This document shows positions 1-12,399 of a stretch of DNA of 64,000 nt, piece by piece. Each line of letters opens with the position of its first letter. Within the stretch, counting starts at the first letter, position 1. The position numbers were made by a program, and so were the translations under genes. A model generated the notes under the pieces. The model made no database searches. It had not been told where the DNA came from and saw only the letters and a program-made list of their open reading frames with translations. The DNA is from the human T2T-CHM13v2.0 reference genome, Homo sapiens, in assembly GCF_009914755.1 (NCBI RefSeq), contig NC_060941.1; one strand, written 5' to 3'.

Positions 1-282
1 GAACAAAGTATAGAGGAACAACAAAATATATAATTAGCCCTCCCTCCCCCCCATAAAGCAATTCACGGATACAGAATACATTCTCTTCACAGTAAACCTA
101 AGAACACTTGTAACAATTGCCCACAGCGCGCATGCTAACTAAAGTAACCTCTTTTGAGAAACACTTAAGACAAAATTGTCAAACCAAAGGGGGTGGGTGG
201 AGGAGGAAAAGAGAGAAGCCAGAGAGAAAGCCAGCGAGCTGGGGGGTTGCAGAGGGGAGAGAGGATTGGGAGGGGAAATGAG

Positions 283-345
283 GACGCAGCGAGAGAGAGC
301 GAGAGCGAGAGCGAGCGAGCGAGAGAGAGAGAGAGAAGGGAGACA
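283..345. repeat. (GA)n/(GAGC)n simple repeat in HOXB8 3'UTR
   Basis: gagagagagcgagagcgagagcgagcgagcgagagagaga... Confidence 0.85.
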
Positions 346-364
346 GAAAGAATTACGGCGTGAA

Positions 365-386
365 TAGGCAGTTTCATGTTGTTGGG
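365..386 (-). promoter_or_regulatory. miR-196 near-perfect complementary cleavage site in HOXB8 3'UTR
   Basis: Plus strand taggcagtttcatgttgttggg matches mature miR-196a UAGGUAGUUUCAUGUUGUUGGG (encoded at 20128-20149) except position 5, which gives a G:U wobble on the mRNA. Confidence 0.97.
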
Positions 387-796
387 AGAACTTAGCAGAA
401 ATCGGTACCTTGGTCATTACAAAGAAGCACGTTCAAAGGAAAAAAAAGACAATTGCACAAGGAGGCTTTTTACACGGGGAGGGGAGGGGCATGGGGGGCT
501 CAGCCGGGCCTTTGCCGCTCGCCCTCACAGGGCGAGGGAGCCTTTGCTTAAATCCTTTTCTTTCCCCCCGGCCCCCAAGAGAAGGGAAGGAGATCCACGG
601 TAGCTCACACACAGAAGCTATTACGAGATACTACCACTAGCGGGGACTGGCGCGGCGGGGGACGCTGCGGTGGGAGGCCCGGCTCCTGGCCCCGCTAGCG
701 GGGCCAGAGCTCTCTCGGGCAGGGGCGCGCGGCGGCGGCGCGGCCGGGACCCGCGGACGTGCGGGCGGCCGCGGCCCTGGCAGTCCCAGCTGAAGC

Positions 797-1104
797 CTAC
801 TTCTTGTCGCCCTTCTGCGCGTCGCCCTCGTCCGCCGCCTCTGGGGCCCGCTCCAGCTTCTGTTTCTCCAGCTCCTCCTGCTCGCATTTGCTGCTGGGGA
901 ACTTGTCTTTGTTGTTCTCTTTTTTCCACTTCATCCTCCGGTTCTGGAACCAGATTTTGACCTGTCTCTCTGTCAGTCCCAGGGCGTGCGATACCTCGAT
1001 TCGCCGCTTACGAGTCAGATAGGGATTAAATAGGAACTCCTTCTCCAGCTCCAGGGTCTGGTAGCGGCTGTAGGTCTGTCGGCCTCGCCTGCGTCCGGCG
1101 GCTG
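797..1104 (-). CDS. HOXB8: Homeobox protein Hox-B8, coding exon 2 (homeodomain)
   Basis: Acceptor TTCCCAG|CAGCC. Encodes [64 protein letters not shown]...GDKK*, TAG at 799-797. 424+308=732 nt = 243 aa + stop. Confidence 0.99.
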
Positions 1105-1887
1105 CTGGGAATGGGGGAAAGGGCGAGACAGAGGGGAGGGGAGGGTGGGGGAGGGGGCAGGGACGGAGAAGGTTGGAAGATTCGTGAACGAGCCTGGGAG
1201 ACCATTATAATAAGGGCAGGGGACCTTCTACCCCGTGCGGGGGCGGGGGGGGCGCAAGAAGGCCGCGGTCGGCGGCGGAGGAGGGGCGAGGGGGATTAGA
1301 CACAAGTGAATCTAAGGGAGCCAGAAAGGGGAGCCCCCTCCCCCGGTAACCAGCACCAGAGTTGTGTAGGAGGTGGTTCAGATCTATTAGAAGTGCCATA
1401 AACTTTAGGAGGAAGGATGTGAAGGAGGGGGGAAAATAAGAATAAAAAAGCCGGGTGGGGACGAATGGACCCACCTTGAAAAGCCCCCAGAGCCTCTGCC
1501 CCAGAAGAAAAGTTTCTTCAGGGTAATTAAACTATAAAGCAATTGAGAAGTGCAAAAGTTGAGCGCCCCCACTCCCACCACCCTCTCTTCACTACCCCCC
1601 ATAAAACAGTAAAAGGGGAAAAAAAGGAGGAGAAGAAGAAGAAAAGTAAGGCAGGGTGAGGGGTTTATAGATTCAGGAAATGTTTCTAAGCGACCCCCTT
1701 CAAGGGAAAGAAAAAAGAAAGAAGAAAGAAAGATAAGAAAGAAAGGGGAAAAGCGGCAGGCGATCGGAACGGAGCCGGCAAGTCTTCCAGAAGCTGGAGG
1801 AAATGCGCCCCGGCCTGCCAGGCCCCCTGCCCGGCCTTGGGCCCTTCCGGCCCCCTCCTGCCCTTGTCGGCCCCGAGGCGAGCTCAC

Positions 1888-2311
1888 CTTGCGGGCGCAT
1901 CCAGGGGAAGAGCTGTGTGGGCGACGGGCTCTGCTCGGAGCCCTCGGCCTCCTCGCCCAGGCCGCTGGCGGCGGCAAGCTTGCAGTCTGCGTACTGCACC
2001 AGGTCTGGATCCTGCGCACCGAATAGGCTCTGGCGTTGCAGCGGGTCGTAGCCGTAGAAATTGCCGGGGTCCCCGTGGCACGCCACGGCGCACGGGTTCT
2101 GCTGGTAGGGAGCCGTGGACAGCGACGACGGCCCGTGGTAGAACTCCTGGATTTGCGACGGGTGCTGGAAGCTGCCGCCGCTGCTGGGACCGTACACCAC
2201 GGTGGGTCGGCCGCCCAGGTCCTGGGCGAAGCCGCAGTCATAATAATTGGGGCGCAGGGACTCCCCGGTTTTGTATTTGGAGAACAGTGAGTTGACGAAA
2301 TAAGAGCTCAT
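1888..2311 (-). CDS. HOXB8: Homeobox protein Hox-B8, coding exon 1
   Basis: ATG at 2311 gives [28 protein letters not shown]...[10 protein letters not shown] (hexapeptide FPWM). Donor CAAG|GTGAG, intron starts 1887. 424 nt, phase 1. Confidence 0.99.
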
Positions 2312-2689
2312 TTTATTGAATTTTGAGGCGGCGGCGGCGGCGGAGGCTATAGTTGGGGGCTGTTGGGGAGGGGGTGGGGAGGGGGAAAGGGAGGGAGAGA
2401 GAGAAAAAAACGCGGATTCGCCGGCTCCTAGTCACCCTCGCCAGGAAAGGAGAGGGAAAGAGAGGAGGGAAAAAAAGAAAAGAAAGAAAAGGCGAAGAAG
2501 ATCTCGAAGCCGACACACTTTTTGTGGTTTCCAGGAATAGAAAAGGACAGAGAAGCCTCCAAAAGTCTAAGCTTGCATGGCAGCCGCGGCTCGCTCGCCC
2601 TCCCCCCACCCCCCACCCCCCAAACAAAAATATACCACCACTTAAAGAGGTCCTCGCTTTACATTTCGAAGAAGGGATGCCAGTTCATA

Positions 2690-3000
2690 AACAGTTTTCG
2701 GTGATTTACTTCCCTGCAAATGAGTTGTTTCATATTTTGCACTGTCTTTTCATGATCATTTGCATCCATTAGAGACCCCGCATCCTATTGGCTTCTTCGT
2801 ACTCCTCCCGGACAGAACGCAGAGCGAGGGTGAGAGCGAGAGAGAGCGAGCGAGAGAGAGAGCTAGAGCGAGAGAGCGCCAGGGAGTGAGGAGAGAGCGG
2901 AAAAAAAAAAAGGAGGGGAAGAAAAAAACACCCAGGGAGAGAGAGGGGGAGAGGGGGAGAGAGAGGGGGAGAGGGAGAGGGGGTGAGAGAGAATGAATAC
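2690..3000 (-). promoter_or_regulatory. HOXB8 proximal promoter region
   Basis: PBX/HOX-like TGATTTAC at 2702-2709, CCAAT box (attgg 2787-2791), purine (GA)n tract 2820-2992. Confidence 0.55.
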
Positions 3001-3229
3001 GGATTAAATCTGTTTAACTACCTACATTAATGAGATATCTCTCGCCTCACAACAAATCAAATACCTTCGCAGACCACCCCCAAAGACTGATGTGGGGGAG
3101 TCACGGAAAAAAACACGCACACACACATACACAACGCGCCAGGCGTAGGCACGCTGTTAATTTCGCGATTTTAACGAGGCAATTGGAGTCTTTCTAAATG
3201 TCAGGGTCGCTTCGGAAAAATGTAAAAGA

Positions 3230-3562
3230 ACACGGTTTAATTGCGCCGAGTTTTAAAAGGTCCTATAAATGTAATTGGTATTTTAATACAAGTTATCAAA
3301 TCATACAGCTTCCTCTCCTAAACGTATTTTCAAACAAACGAGGTAGTCATATTTAAAGCTTTAATGATCAATTTCCTTATTATTGATAAAGGTTTAACTA
3401 TCGTGTGGAGGGAATTGGCTGGATAACCGGCCCCCCAAAAAACGGCTGTAAACTCTTTAAGAAACTATAAAACGCAATAAAGCCGGAGTCTGTTGTTGTT
3501 TATGCCGCAGCGCATAAAAGCTGTTAGCATTTTACGAGTTCTTTCCTCTACAGCTATAAAAC
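3230..3562. promoter_or_regulatory. Cluster of CDX/posterior-HOX sites upstream of HOXB8 (candidate Cdx-responsive enhancer)
   Basis: Six or more TTTAT/TTTAC motifs in ~100 bp: ctataaaa ~3466, caataaaa ~3475, tttatg ~3499, cataaaa ~3513, ttttacg ~3530, ctataaaa ~3554. Hoxb8 is a known Cdx target. Confidence 0.6.
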
Positions 3563-6346
3563 TGCAGCTTCGATCGCCCCCGCCGCCCGACTGCAGCACG
3601 GTGGGGGTGACGAAGCCGAAATGAGAATGATTATGGGGATTTTTTTTGGCACAAACGGTGACTTTTCTGAGATTTTCACCTCCTTCTGTCCTGGCAAGCA
3701 CCTGCCCCCACCCCTTCTCTGGAGCCCCCAAAAGGTCCCTTCTCTGCCCTGCCCTCTCTGCCCTGCCCTGGCCAGTCACAAAACTTCCTCTCATTAAACA
3801 AATAAGCAAAAATTTTCTGTGAAACAGGGATCTGGGAGATCTTGAGGAGGGAACGGGAGGGAAGAAGAAACTTTCTGGTTAATGAGCAGTGGTTGAAGCA
3901 CAGAGCAAAGTTCGAGCTGCCACTGCCGATTCTGCAGGTTTGTGCACTCTCTGCTTGCTGAAAAGGGGGTCTCCTGAAGGCCCTTCAGCCCATCAGCACT
4001 TTTGAGGGCAGACTTTGCATGAAGGGAGAGGGCCTGATGCCATCAGAGGGATGAAGCCCCAATGGGCTACCCGACACTTGCACCCAGGCCTTGGGACCCA
4101 GTAGCCAAGCCCAATTATTAATAGCTCCCAACCTTCCCAGGCCGACCCCCACACCTTCTGCAGTGCCTAAGGGTGAGAGGGGACCACTGAGCCCATCACT
4201 GCATCAAAAGGAAAGAAGGTTGGGTATCAGGCCCTGGCACCTGGCCTTCGTGTCCGCTGTCCTATGCTCTCAGCCACCCTAGGCAGTGCCTGCAGAGTAT
4301 GTGTTGGGAGGGCATCTATTAGTCCTCAGTGTCCCCAAGACCTTTTGAGCCACTGTCACCACCTAAACTGACTTGGGTGTGGAATTCAGATAAAGCAAGG
4401 TTGCTGAGTCTCCCATTTTCTCTCCTTTCGCCTTGGGGAGCCTGTAGTTAAACCTGGCTCTCCCTGCAGACCTGGGAACCAGAGGTCTGAACACGGAAAG
4501 CTGGAACAAGCTGACTGGGTGCCACACTCTGTGGCCACTGCGTTCCCTGCCTACCCGGCTTCACGATGGTGGTGGCCAGGCTTTAGAAGGCCCCAGTCTG
4601 AGGGTCAGAACCAGTAGCCTCCTGTAGCAGTAGATTGGCAAGGGAGAGGAATGAGAGACAGAAAGAAAATTTTGAGCAACAAAAGTGGAGGCTTTACAAA
4701 TATATTCAATCCATTGTTTATTCAGGAAACAGTGGTTTGTTTTTTTGACGGGCACCTTTTGGGGACCCCATACACCCCAACATTTGTAAAAATGAAACTA
4801 TCACTTTTCCAAAGGGAACCTTACCAGTGAGGTCATTTGGTTCTTCAAAAGTGAACCTAGAGAATGAGAGAGGGGCTAGAAGCGGGAGAGAGATAAAGGA
4901 AAAGAGGAGGAATGGAGAGAACCAGGGCTTTGAATTTTCAGCGCGTGGCTGAGGGGACCGTGAGGCAACGGAGGGCCGAGTTAAATTGTTGCCGAAGCAA
5001 ACATTTTTATCAAGTGCAGAGGATTTTATGGTCATTATTTGAAAACTCACCGGCGAGGTACAAATTCAATGGCTTGTTCTAAATCATCTCTACACCGTGC
5101 CAGAAATTCCTGATGGAAGGAAAATGTTTCTGTTATAGGAAAAAAAAAAAAAAAACGAAAGAGCGAGGAGACAATTTATAAACACCCAGCGGAGCGCAGA
5201 TTTATTAGAGAAACTCAAGTTGAGGAGAAACTCCGCTTACCTCCTTGCACTAAGTCCTGGTGGGGGAGAGGAGAGGCTGCAGCTGGGGTGATTTTGAGGG
5301 GGTGGGAGTATCTATTGCTGGCGCAGGTTTGTCGGATGGAAGGCAGGGATCCGGCGGGGCCGGGAGGACACAGGAGATTTGGAATGCAAGGGGCTGTGAA
5401 CAACCAGGGTGCGGGTCTCAGAACGAAAGTGCCCGGAGTCCAGACCTCCAGCTGCTCAATGAGGAAAGGACCGGCGCCCCCAGGTTTGCCTGCGGCCAGG
5501 GCCAAGGCGCACTGAAGCCGCACCTCTCACCTGGAAGCCCAGGAACCCAGGGAGAACAGAGCTCCTGCGTCCTGACGCCGCGCCCGCCTTCGCGCCCATG
5601 GGAAAACGCGCATTCTTTGGGAGCGCGCAAAGCATCCAGAGACCACATCCGAGCCTTCCCGCACCCTGCTGCCCTGGGGAGCCCCTGCCCCGTGCCTAGG
5701 TCGCCCTGCGCGAGCCCAGCCCAGCCCTGGACTCATACAAAGGCTCCAGAGCTTGCGCCCGTGCGAAGCCGCCCTGCCGGCTTTGGGCATCTCCGAATCC
5801 CCACAAAAGCTATGGCTCCATTCCCCCACACACACAAACTGGGGGGTCTCGGGCTGGCTTACGTGATTTTCTCTCCAGCCGATGGGCAGCTTCCTCTCCA
5901 TCCTACCTTCTTTTGCCGGCTAGCCCCTCTCACCTGACCTGCTGACCCGCATCCAGGGACATTCCTTTCGCCTCCTTTCACGGAAAATCTCGTTGTTTCG
6001 AATCAATTCTCCTTTTGGATTTGGACCCATTATTCCTATTATTACTATTATTCCCCGTTTTCACGCATTTGTTGCCCCACCGAACACAGCAACTGGGTGA
6101 GAATCACTGAGCCCTCCTCTTGGGGAAAATTCAGAAAATTGACCATTTGAGGAGATGGGGGAACACTACTATAACTGAAATCTATAAAATGGGGGTAAGG
6201 CCATAACGAGCCCTATTTTTTTTATTAGGTACAAATTATTCATGACTTTTGGTAGCACTCAGTTCCTGGATTCAGGGCCGACCAAGGCGCGGTGCCGGGA
6301 GCAGACATCCGCAGCTGCCGCTCCAGGGAGTTTCACATGGAGCAAG

Positions 6347-6366
6347 GGTGCCATCTAGCGGCTGCT
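6347..6366 (-). promoter_or_regulatory. CTCF motif between HOXB8 and HOXB9
   Basis: Minus strand GCAGCCGCTAGATGGCACCC fits the CTCF core CC(A/G)(C/G)(C/T)AG(A/G)(G/T)GGC(A/G) at every position. Confidence 0.75.
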
Positions 6367-6825
6367 CTGCGAAAAGGCGCCGCAGCCACCGGCTCCACCA
6401 GTTTTCTGGGAGAGCAGCCGCAGAGGTGGCCAGCAGGAGAAACTTTCATAACTAGCAGTAAAAGGGGAGGGATAGGGAGTGGGCATCGGAATCAGGAAAC
6501 GGTTCATGAAATTGTGTAGATAAGCTAAAAAATAGAAAAAAAACACAACAGAGGGGAGGAAAAAAAAGAAGCCCTAAGCTTTTTTCTTTCTACGTACACC
6601 TCCCACCCCTGCCCCTAATTTCTAGCGGAGACCGCAAAGCAGTGCGCCCTTTATGGCGTGTAAAAAGGGGGACCGAGCAGTTTTCAAACTCCACGCGATT
6701 GTTTCAAATTCTGAGGAGAAACAGTTGGGCTTTTTGTCGGGGGAGAGGAGGCCTGAGAGGATAGGATGAGACTGTAAAAGAATCAAGAGGCTGCCCGCGC
6801 CCAGACGTCTGGCCCCGCCGGACCT

Positions 6826-6827
<2 letters not shown>

Positions 6828-6872
<45 letters not shown>

Positions 6873-6877
6873 CGCGC
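6828..6877. repeat. (GT)n(GC)n microsatellite
   Basis: About 18 GT units directly followed by about 6-7 GC units. Confidence 0.95.
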
Positions 6878-8751
6878 AGGAGGCTCCTCGTTTCCGACGC
6901 CTGATTCTGGAGGGGGTGTGAAGAACAAAGACAAGAGCCCCAGTTGCAATTTCTGAAGCATTTGCGACAACAAAGTGTTCTTTCCCGGCTTCTCTCTTCT
7001 CCCTCTCTGCCCCCTGCCACCCCCCGCCCCGGAAGCCCGGAGCCCCGTGTTCTGTGCGGGTGAGGGTGAAGGCTGCCGGAGCGGGGCCCACCCATTCCCC
7101 CGCCAGGCCGGGAGCCCCGGCCCAGCTGCGGCTCTCTCAGCTCCGGAAAGTTTCCCCTCGCTGTTTGCTTTGCTGCTGTTTAGTTTCTTAACCTTCAGAA
7201 ATTTATACGCTATAAACTTTTATAGCGGTCATATTATTTTATTGCTGCGCACACGGCATTGAATTCCTCTCCCGGCTTCTCTCTGCCTCGCACTCTGGCG
7301 GTGTCCCTCTCTGAATCTCTCTTTTATGACAACTGATTTCCCCATCTCCGGCTTCCGAGCCTCCGCATCTTCGCCTTTGTTTGTCTTTAAAGAAGCAGCC
7401 CTGGGCTGGGGACCCAGACGCTGCAGGCAGAGGCCCCTCCAAGCGCCCTCGCCCCTACCACGCAGCACTCCCCTCTGTTCCAGCCTCGCTGAGCGTTTGC
7501 TTTAGGCAGAAACCGACCTTCTGTCTTTGCTGTCAGCACCGGCTGGGCCTGGGTAGCCCAGGATGGGGCAGGAGCCTGGTCTACACCAGCTGTAAAGCCA
7601 GATTCATTTTGCATCCCTAATGAAACCCTCTTTGGAGGGTGCCTGTCCGGGCCTGCCTGATGCGGAGCTCCGCTTTCTCCTGCCTCCCGCCGTCTCTTGG
7701 ATCAGTTCGTCCTTTCGTTGGAGGAGGGTAGGCCTGGCCTTTTCACTTGCAGTCTCCCTTCATTCGGGCCATGCTTCGTTCCCAACTCTACCCCAACTCG
7801 CAGGGTCTCCGCGGGCCGCAGTGTTGCCGGCTTGGGTTGGGGAGAGGCTCCTGAGGTAGGCGGGCTCGGGAGCGCCGGCCCGCCGAAGCGGAATCCCAAG
7901 GCCTGGATGAGAAGCGCAGGCTGCCGAGAACTGCGATCTTCATAAGAGGCTCTGGCGAAATCCCTCAGTCTGAGAGGGACAAAAATGTGCCACTTGAAAC
8001 TGAGTTTAATTCTGGGGTCCTTTTGGGAGGTGAATTTTTCTACTGAGACATTTCTGCTTCACACTCAATGACCTCTCCACCCTTTGCAGAGGTGCTCACC
8101 CAGGGCTCAGCCCCTACCAACCCAGCCCACCTCAGACCAAGGCTGCTACCCTGTGGCTCAAACTGGAGCCTCCAACCCCAGGTGGGGGCCGAGAACCCTA
8201 AGGCGTTGGCTCCCTTTGAATGGAAGGAAAGAGATTCCAGCCCTCTGGAGGCCTCTGTCTAGACCTAGGCACCCTACTGCAGGGAAGAACAGAGGGAAAT
8301 TACTGTGTTCCTCCCTTGCATCATATTTTAAAGCGGCCAAACTAAGGTGACATTCTCAGTGGCTGAGGGAGGAGAGCTACCCCCAGGAGGTGCAGGAAGA
8401 CCTACCTTCCCTCCTATTCTCTAGTCAATGAGGAGGTTTCAGGACCTCATTGCTCCCCAGACCCTGTGCCCTCTCCAAACAACCCACATTTCCTTCCCTC
8501 CCCGCTCGTTTTCCAGTTCTCCTGTTGGAAGGCTCTTGATCAGTTTAACCAGTAGTCTTGGGACCTGGGGTCTGGGACTGGCTCTCAGCTCCACCTCTAG
8601 AGAGCTCTGCAGGGGACCTTGCCCTGCAGGGTGTAAGGAGAAACCTCCTGGACTCAGCAATCTTTTTTTTTCCAAGCCTTTCTCCCGACAACTGGGATCT
8701 CTACCTATGGTCAGGCCCAGAGAGCCAACACAGAATAAGACACAGGAGAGA

Positions 8752-8757
8752 TTTATT
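8752..8757 (-). terminator. HOXB9: Likely HOXB9 polyadenylation signal (AATAAA)
   Basis: tttatt on plus = AATAAA on minus, ~1.74 kb after the HOXB9 stop, with GU-rich sequence downstream. Confidence 0.6.
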
Positions 8758-10495
8758 TTCTAGAGTGATATATATTTTTTGTTCTTTTTCTTTTTTTCTT
8801 CCAAAACAAACAATTAGAGCTCTAGGCCCCTCGCCCTCCCCACTCCCACCCAGAACCCTCCCATATAATCGACAACTGAAAACAAGCGAGACAATCACCC
8901 CCAAAGAAATCACGAAACACAAGCACAATTTCACGACAGCCACCGACAAAGCAAAAAACTTCTACTGGAATGTCCCCTTGCAGGATCAGGAGAAGCAGGA
9001 GCAAGAGTCTACAAATTGAAGGGGACTGAGAAGTAGGGGAGCAGGGGGAGGAACGGAAGCAGAGAGTAAGCTTCCATCTGATGCTTAGGTGCCATTTTGC
9101 CCCTTTCCTTTGCACGCGGGACTGTTTCCCAGAAGCGCGCGCACGCACCAGCCACGCAGATCTGCATCCAGGCCCATGAAGCAGGAGGCCAAGCCCGGCC
9201 CTGGGGCGGGTCTCCTTTGGCGCTGGGGCTAGAGCCGCCAAGCCCGGGGCTTCTCTGCGTGGGTCGAGAAGCCGACGGGATTCGGAGGAACGCGCAGAGC
9301 GTTGCGCGCTGGGGCCGTTGCTCCTCCCTGTCCCAGACCACTTGTCCCGGAAGGGAGCTTGGGAATCGATTCACAATAAATTCTCATTCGGACTCTCCTG
9401 GCCTGGCTTTCCTGTCTACAGTGGGGTTGACCTAGCGGGGAACGGAAGGTGGAGGGATTTTTCTACAAGGGGCGGCTTGACTTGCGGGTGCAAGGTGGAT
9501 ACGACCGAAGAGAGTTGATTTCAGAGCTAGGGAGGGTGCGGAAGAATGCAGGGCCGGTCGAGAGCAAGAGAAGCTACAGTCTGTCAAGTGGTGCACAGAT
9601 GAACAGGAGGACAACATTGTCAAGGCTCTACGACCCACAGTTTGACCTTCTTTTGTTGGAAGGAGAGGGAAACATCATGCGGAATTAAACATTTCCTGCA
9701 ACAAAATGTATATGTTGGTGGGAGGTGGGGAGTAGCTCCACCTAAGATACCTTCATAAAACCACGTGCTGCCTTTTCTTGTACTTTCTAGCCCACCGGCT
9801 TGGGGGCTAGGTTTGCTCCATCTTCCCCATGGCCCTTGGCCTGAGAATAGTTGGCAACTCCATGGGAATGGTATGGCAATGCTGCAGCCTTTGGGCTGCA
9901 ACTCCTCACTCAGGAGTCTGCCTCTAGACATCTCCCTGGTGGGTATTTGCATTAGGGGTAGAACCCGGGCTTGCCTGACAGTCTGAGGGCTGTTTTGCCA
10001 AATTTGGTGTGCGATGGTCTGCAACTGGAGTGTCACCTCACTTGACTGAATGGTGGTTGTGAGCTCACCCCATTACTGTGTGTGGATGTCTGCTGAGCTG
10101 TGTAGAGTTGGAGTGTCCCTGGGTGACTTTTGGGTGGGTGTAGAGAAGAAACAGGCAAGCTGGAAGTGAGGGGCTAGGACTTCCCAGAAAAATTACAGGG
10201 CATACTAGGAGCTTGACTGGGGTCTCTCTTTCCTTGTGGCCCATCACATTCTTAGGAACCAACTATTTCTATCTTCTAAATCAACAAAACTTTCTCCTGA
10301 CACCTAGAGAGAAGAGAGAGACAGGTAAGGGCAAAGGAAAGGAGGGAGGTTCTAGGTGCAGATAAAGGACTTGGAAGAGAGACTCCCTTCCCCATTCACT
10401 TGAATACATCCCAGACAGCACTGGCTTTGCAGTCGTCACATAACTAAGAGTGAGATGGGGAAGAGCTAGGGAGGACTGGGGGTAATCTTTAATCT

Positions 10496-10731
10496 TTACT
10501 CTTTGCCCTGCTCCTTATTCATTTTCTTCATTTTCATCCGCCGGTTCTGAAACCAGATTTTGACTTGTCTCTCACTCAGATTGAGGAGTCTGGCCACTTC
10601 GTGCCTACGGTCCCTGGTGAGGTACATATTGAACAGAAACTCCTTCTCTAGCTCCAGCGTCTGGTATTTGGTGTAGGGACAGCGCTTTTTCCGGGAAGAG
10701 CGAGCGTGCAGCCAGTTGGCGGAGGGGTTGG
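10496..10731 (-). CDS. HOXB9: Homeobox protein Hox-B9, coding exon 2 (homeodomain)
   Basis: Acceptor CTCTTTCAG|CC. Encodes [81 protein letters not shown] at 10498-10496. Confidence 0.99.
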
Positions 10732-12399
10732 CTGAAAGAGAAGCAGCGATAGAATCAAAGAAAGGAAGGGGGTGAAGGGCCCCAGATCAAGAGGGCACTC
10801 CCTTGGTCTCCACTCCCCATCTTGCACTGGAGAAGAGGCCACCTGGGTCTTCAAGCTCCCAGGAAGGGTGTCACAGATGGGCCAGCCATTGCTATAGACA
10901 CCTCCAGGTGAGAGGCTGTGTGGAAAGGATGGAGCCAAACGTGGGCCCAGGCTTCCTCAGCACTTCCAAAGCTCTGCCTACATCAAGTTCCCTCTCAATT
11001 TTTCTCTACTTGGGTCCAAACTGCTTAGGACTCAGGTCAGAGTTCAGCATGGTTGAAGTCCCACCAGCAGCACTCCCAGGCTGACTAGGGGTGGGTGGCT
11101 GACCTGAAGGGTCCTGGCTCTAGGAGGTGAGAGGAGGAGTTGGGTGGGGAAGTGAGATGTCTGTTCAGTCACTGCATTTGGGGTGTCACTTCACCCCAAG
11201 AGACCTCTCAGCCCTTCAGTCCAGTCCCAATATCCCCTGCCTTGATCACAAACAAGCTTGTGTCTCTAGACCACATGGCAGCAGGCATGTGTGTCTGCGT
11301 AGAAATCTCCCCCCCTGCCACCACCACACACCACGAATATGGGTCTGCACTTAGAGCCACAAACAGCCAGCACACTCCAATTCACACGCAATGCAATTGC
11401 AACCATTTATCAACTCCAGCTTATGGACAGGGGAGCACTGGGGGCTCACAGATAACTTATGGTTGCAATAGTCTCTCTCCTTTTCAGCTCCTGCTCAGCT
11501 CACAGTTTGGTTAACGCAAGTGCAGGGAAATTAGGGAATAAAATTGCTCCAGTCCCAAGGTGGGGAGCCAGGGGTGATGTGGAGGTAAAAGGAAGCCCTT
11601 CACAGCACACCTAGCCTTAATTGATCCTATGTGGGGGCTGGAGGGGAGAAGAGGGTAACCGAGTGGAAGAGAGGAAACAAAAATATATACAGGCTTCTCT
11701 TCTTACCTTCTCTCCCCCTACTCTGGAACTCAAAAAAGTTGCCAAATAAAGCTAAGCCAATTAAAAATAACAGCCACCAGCTACTAGCTTCCTTCTCCCC
11801 AAGTGAAAAACACTGGATTTTTTTATATAAAAAATTTGGTTCATCCTACACTAAGTACCGTGTCTTACCAATTTGCAGCGCTATTTCCTTAATGTGATTG
11901 CCTGGGATGGGACCCGCAGCCGCATTAAATATGAAAGAGGGAAAAAACTGTTAATAATTGATCCTAGCCAAATGGCTGCCTTGCCATAATGGGCTTTTCA
12001 GGCAGAATTTGGGGGTTTAGGGTGGGGGATCTGTTTGGGAGTGTGCGGGGAGGGTTGGGGAAGAATGTGTTCCCTAAATGCCAGCTCTTAGGATTCCACC
12101 TGGCAGGTTGGAGGTGACAGGACCCTGCAAGGAATGGGGCTGCTCTTTACTCTCCAGCAGGCAAGGATGCTCTAAAGGGCCCTGGGGACACTCCGTCAAT
12201 GGGAAATCTAGCAGGGCAAGGAGAGACTAAAACATCCCTACTTCCCAAAAAGAGTAAGAAACGAGGACCTGATCCACCAGCCTGCGAGTCATTGTTTGAG
12301 GCTGAGTTCCCTCACCGATGAGCCCTTCTCAACCTTAAAAATAAATAATAGGAGAACCCTCTCTTCTCATCTAGTAGCACCTCCTGAAAATCAGCCAGA

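Larger units (their letters stand above)
560..2600. promoter_or_regulatory. CpG island(s) over HOXB8 body and 5' end
   Basis: Very high GC and CpG density by eye; (GCC)n leader at 2326-2347 just upstream of the ATG. Confidence 0.85.
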
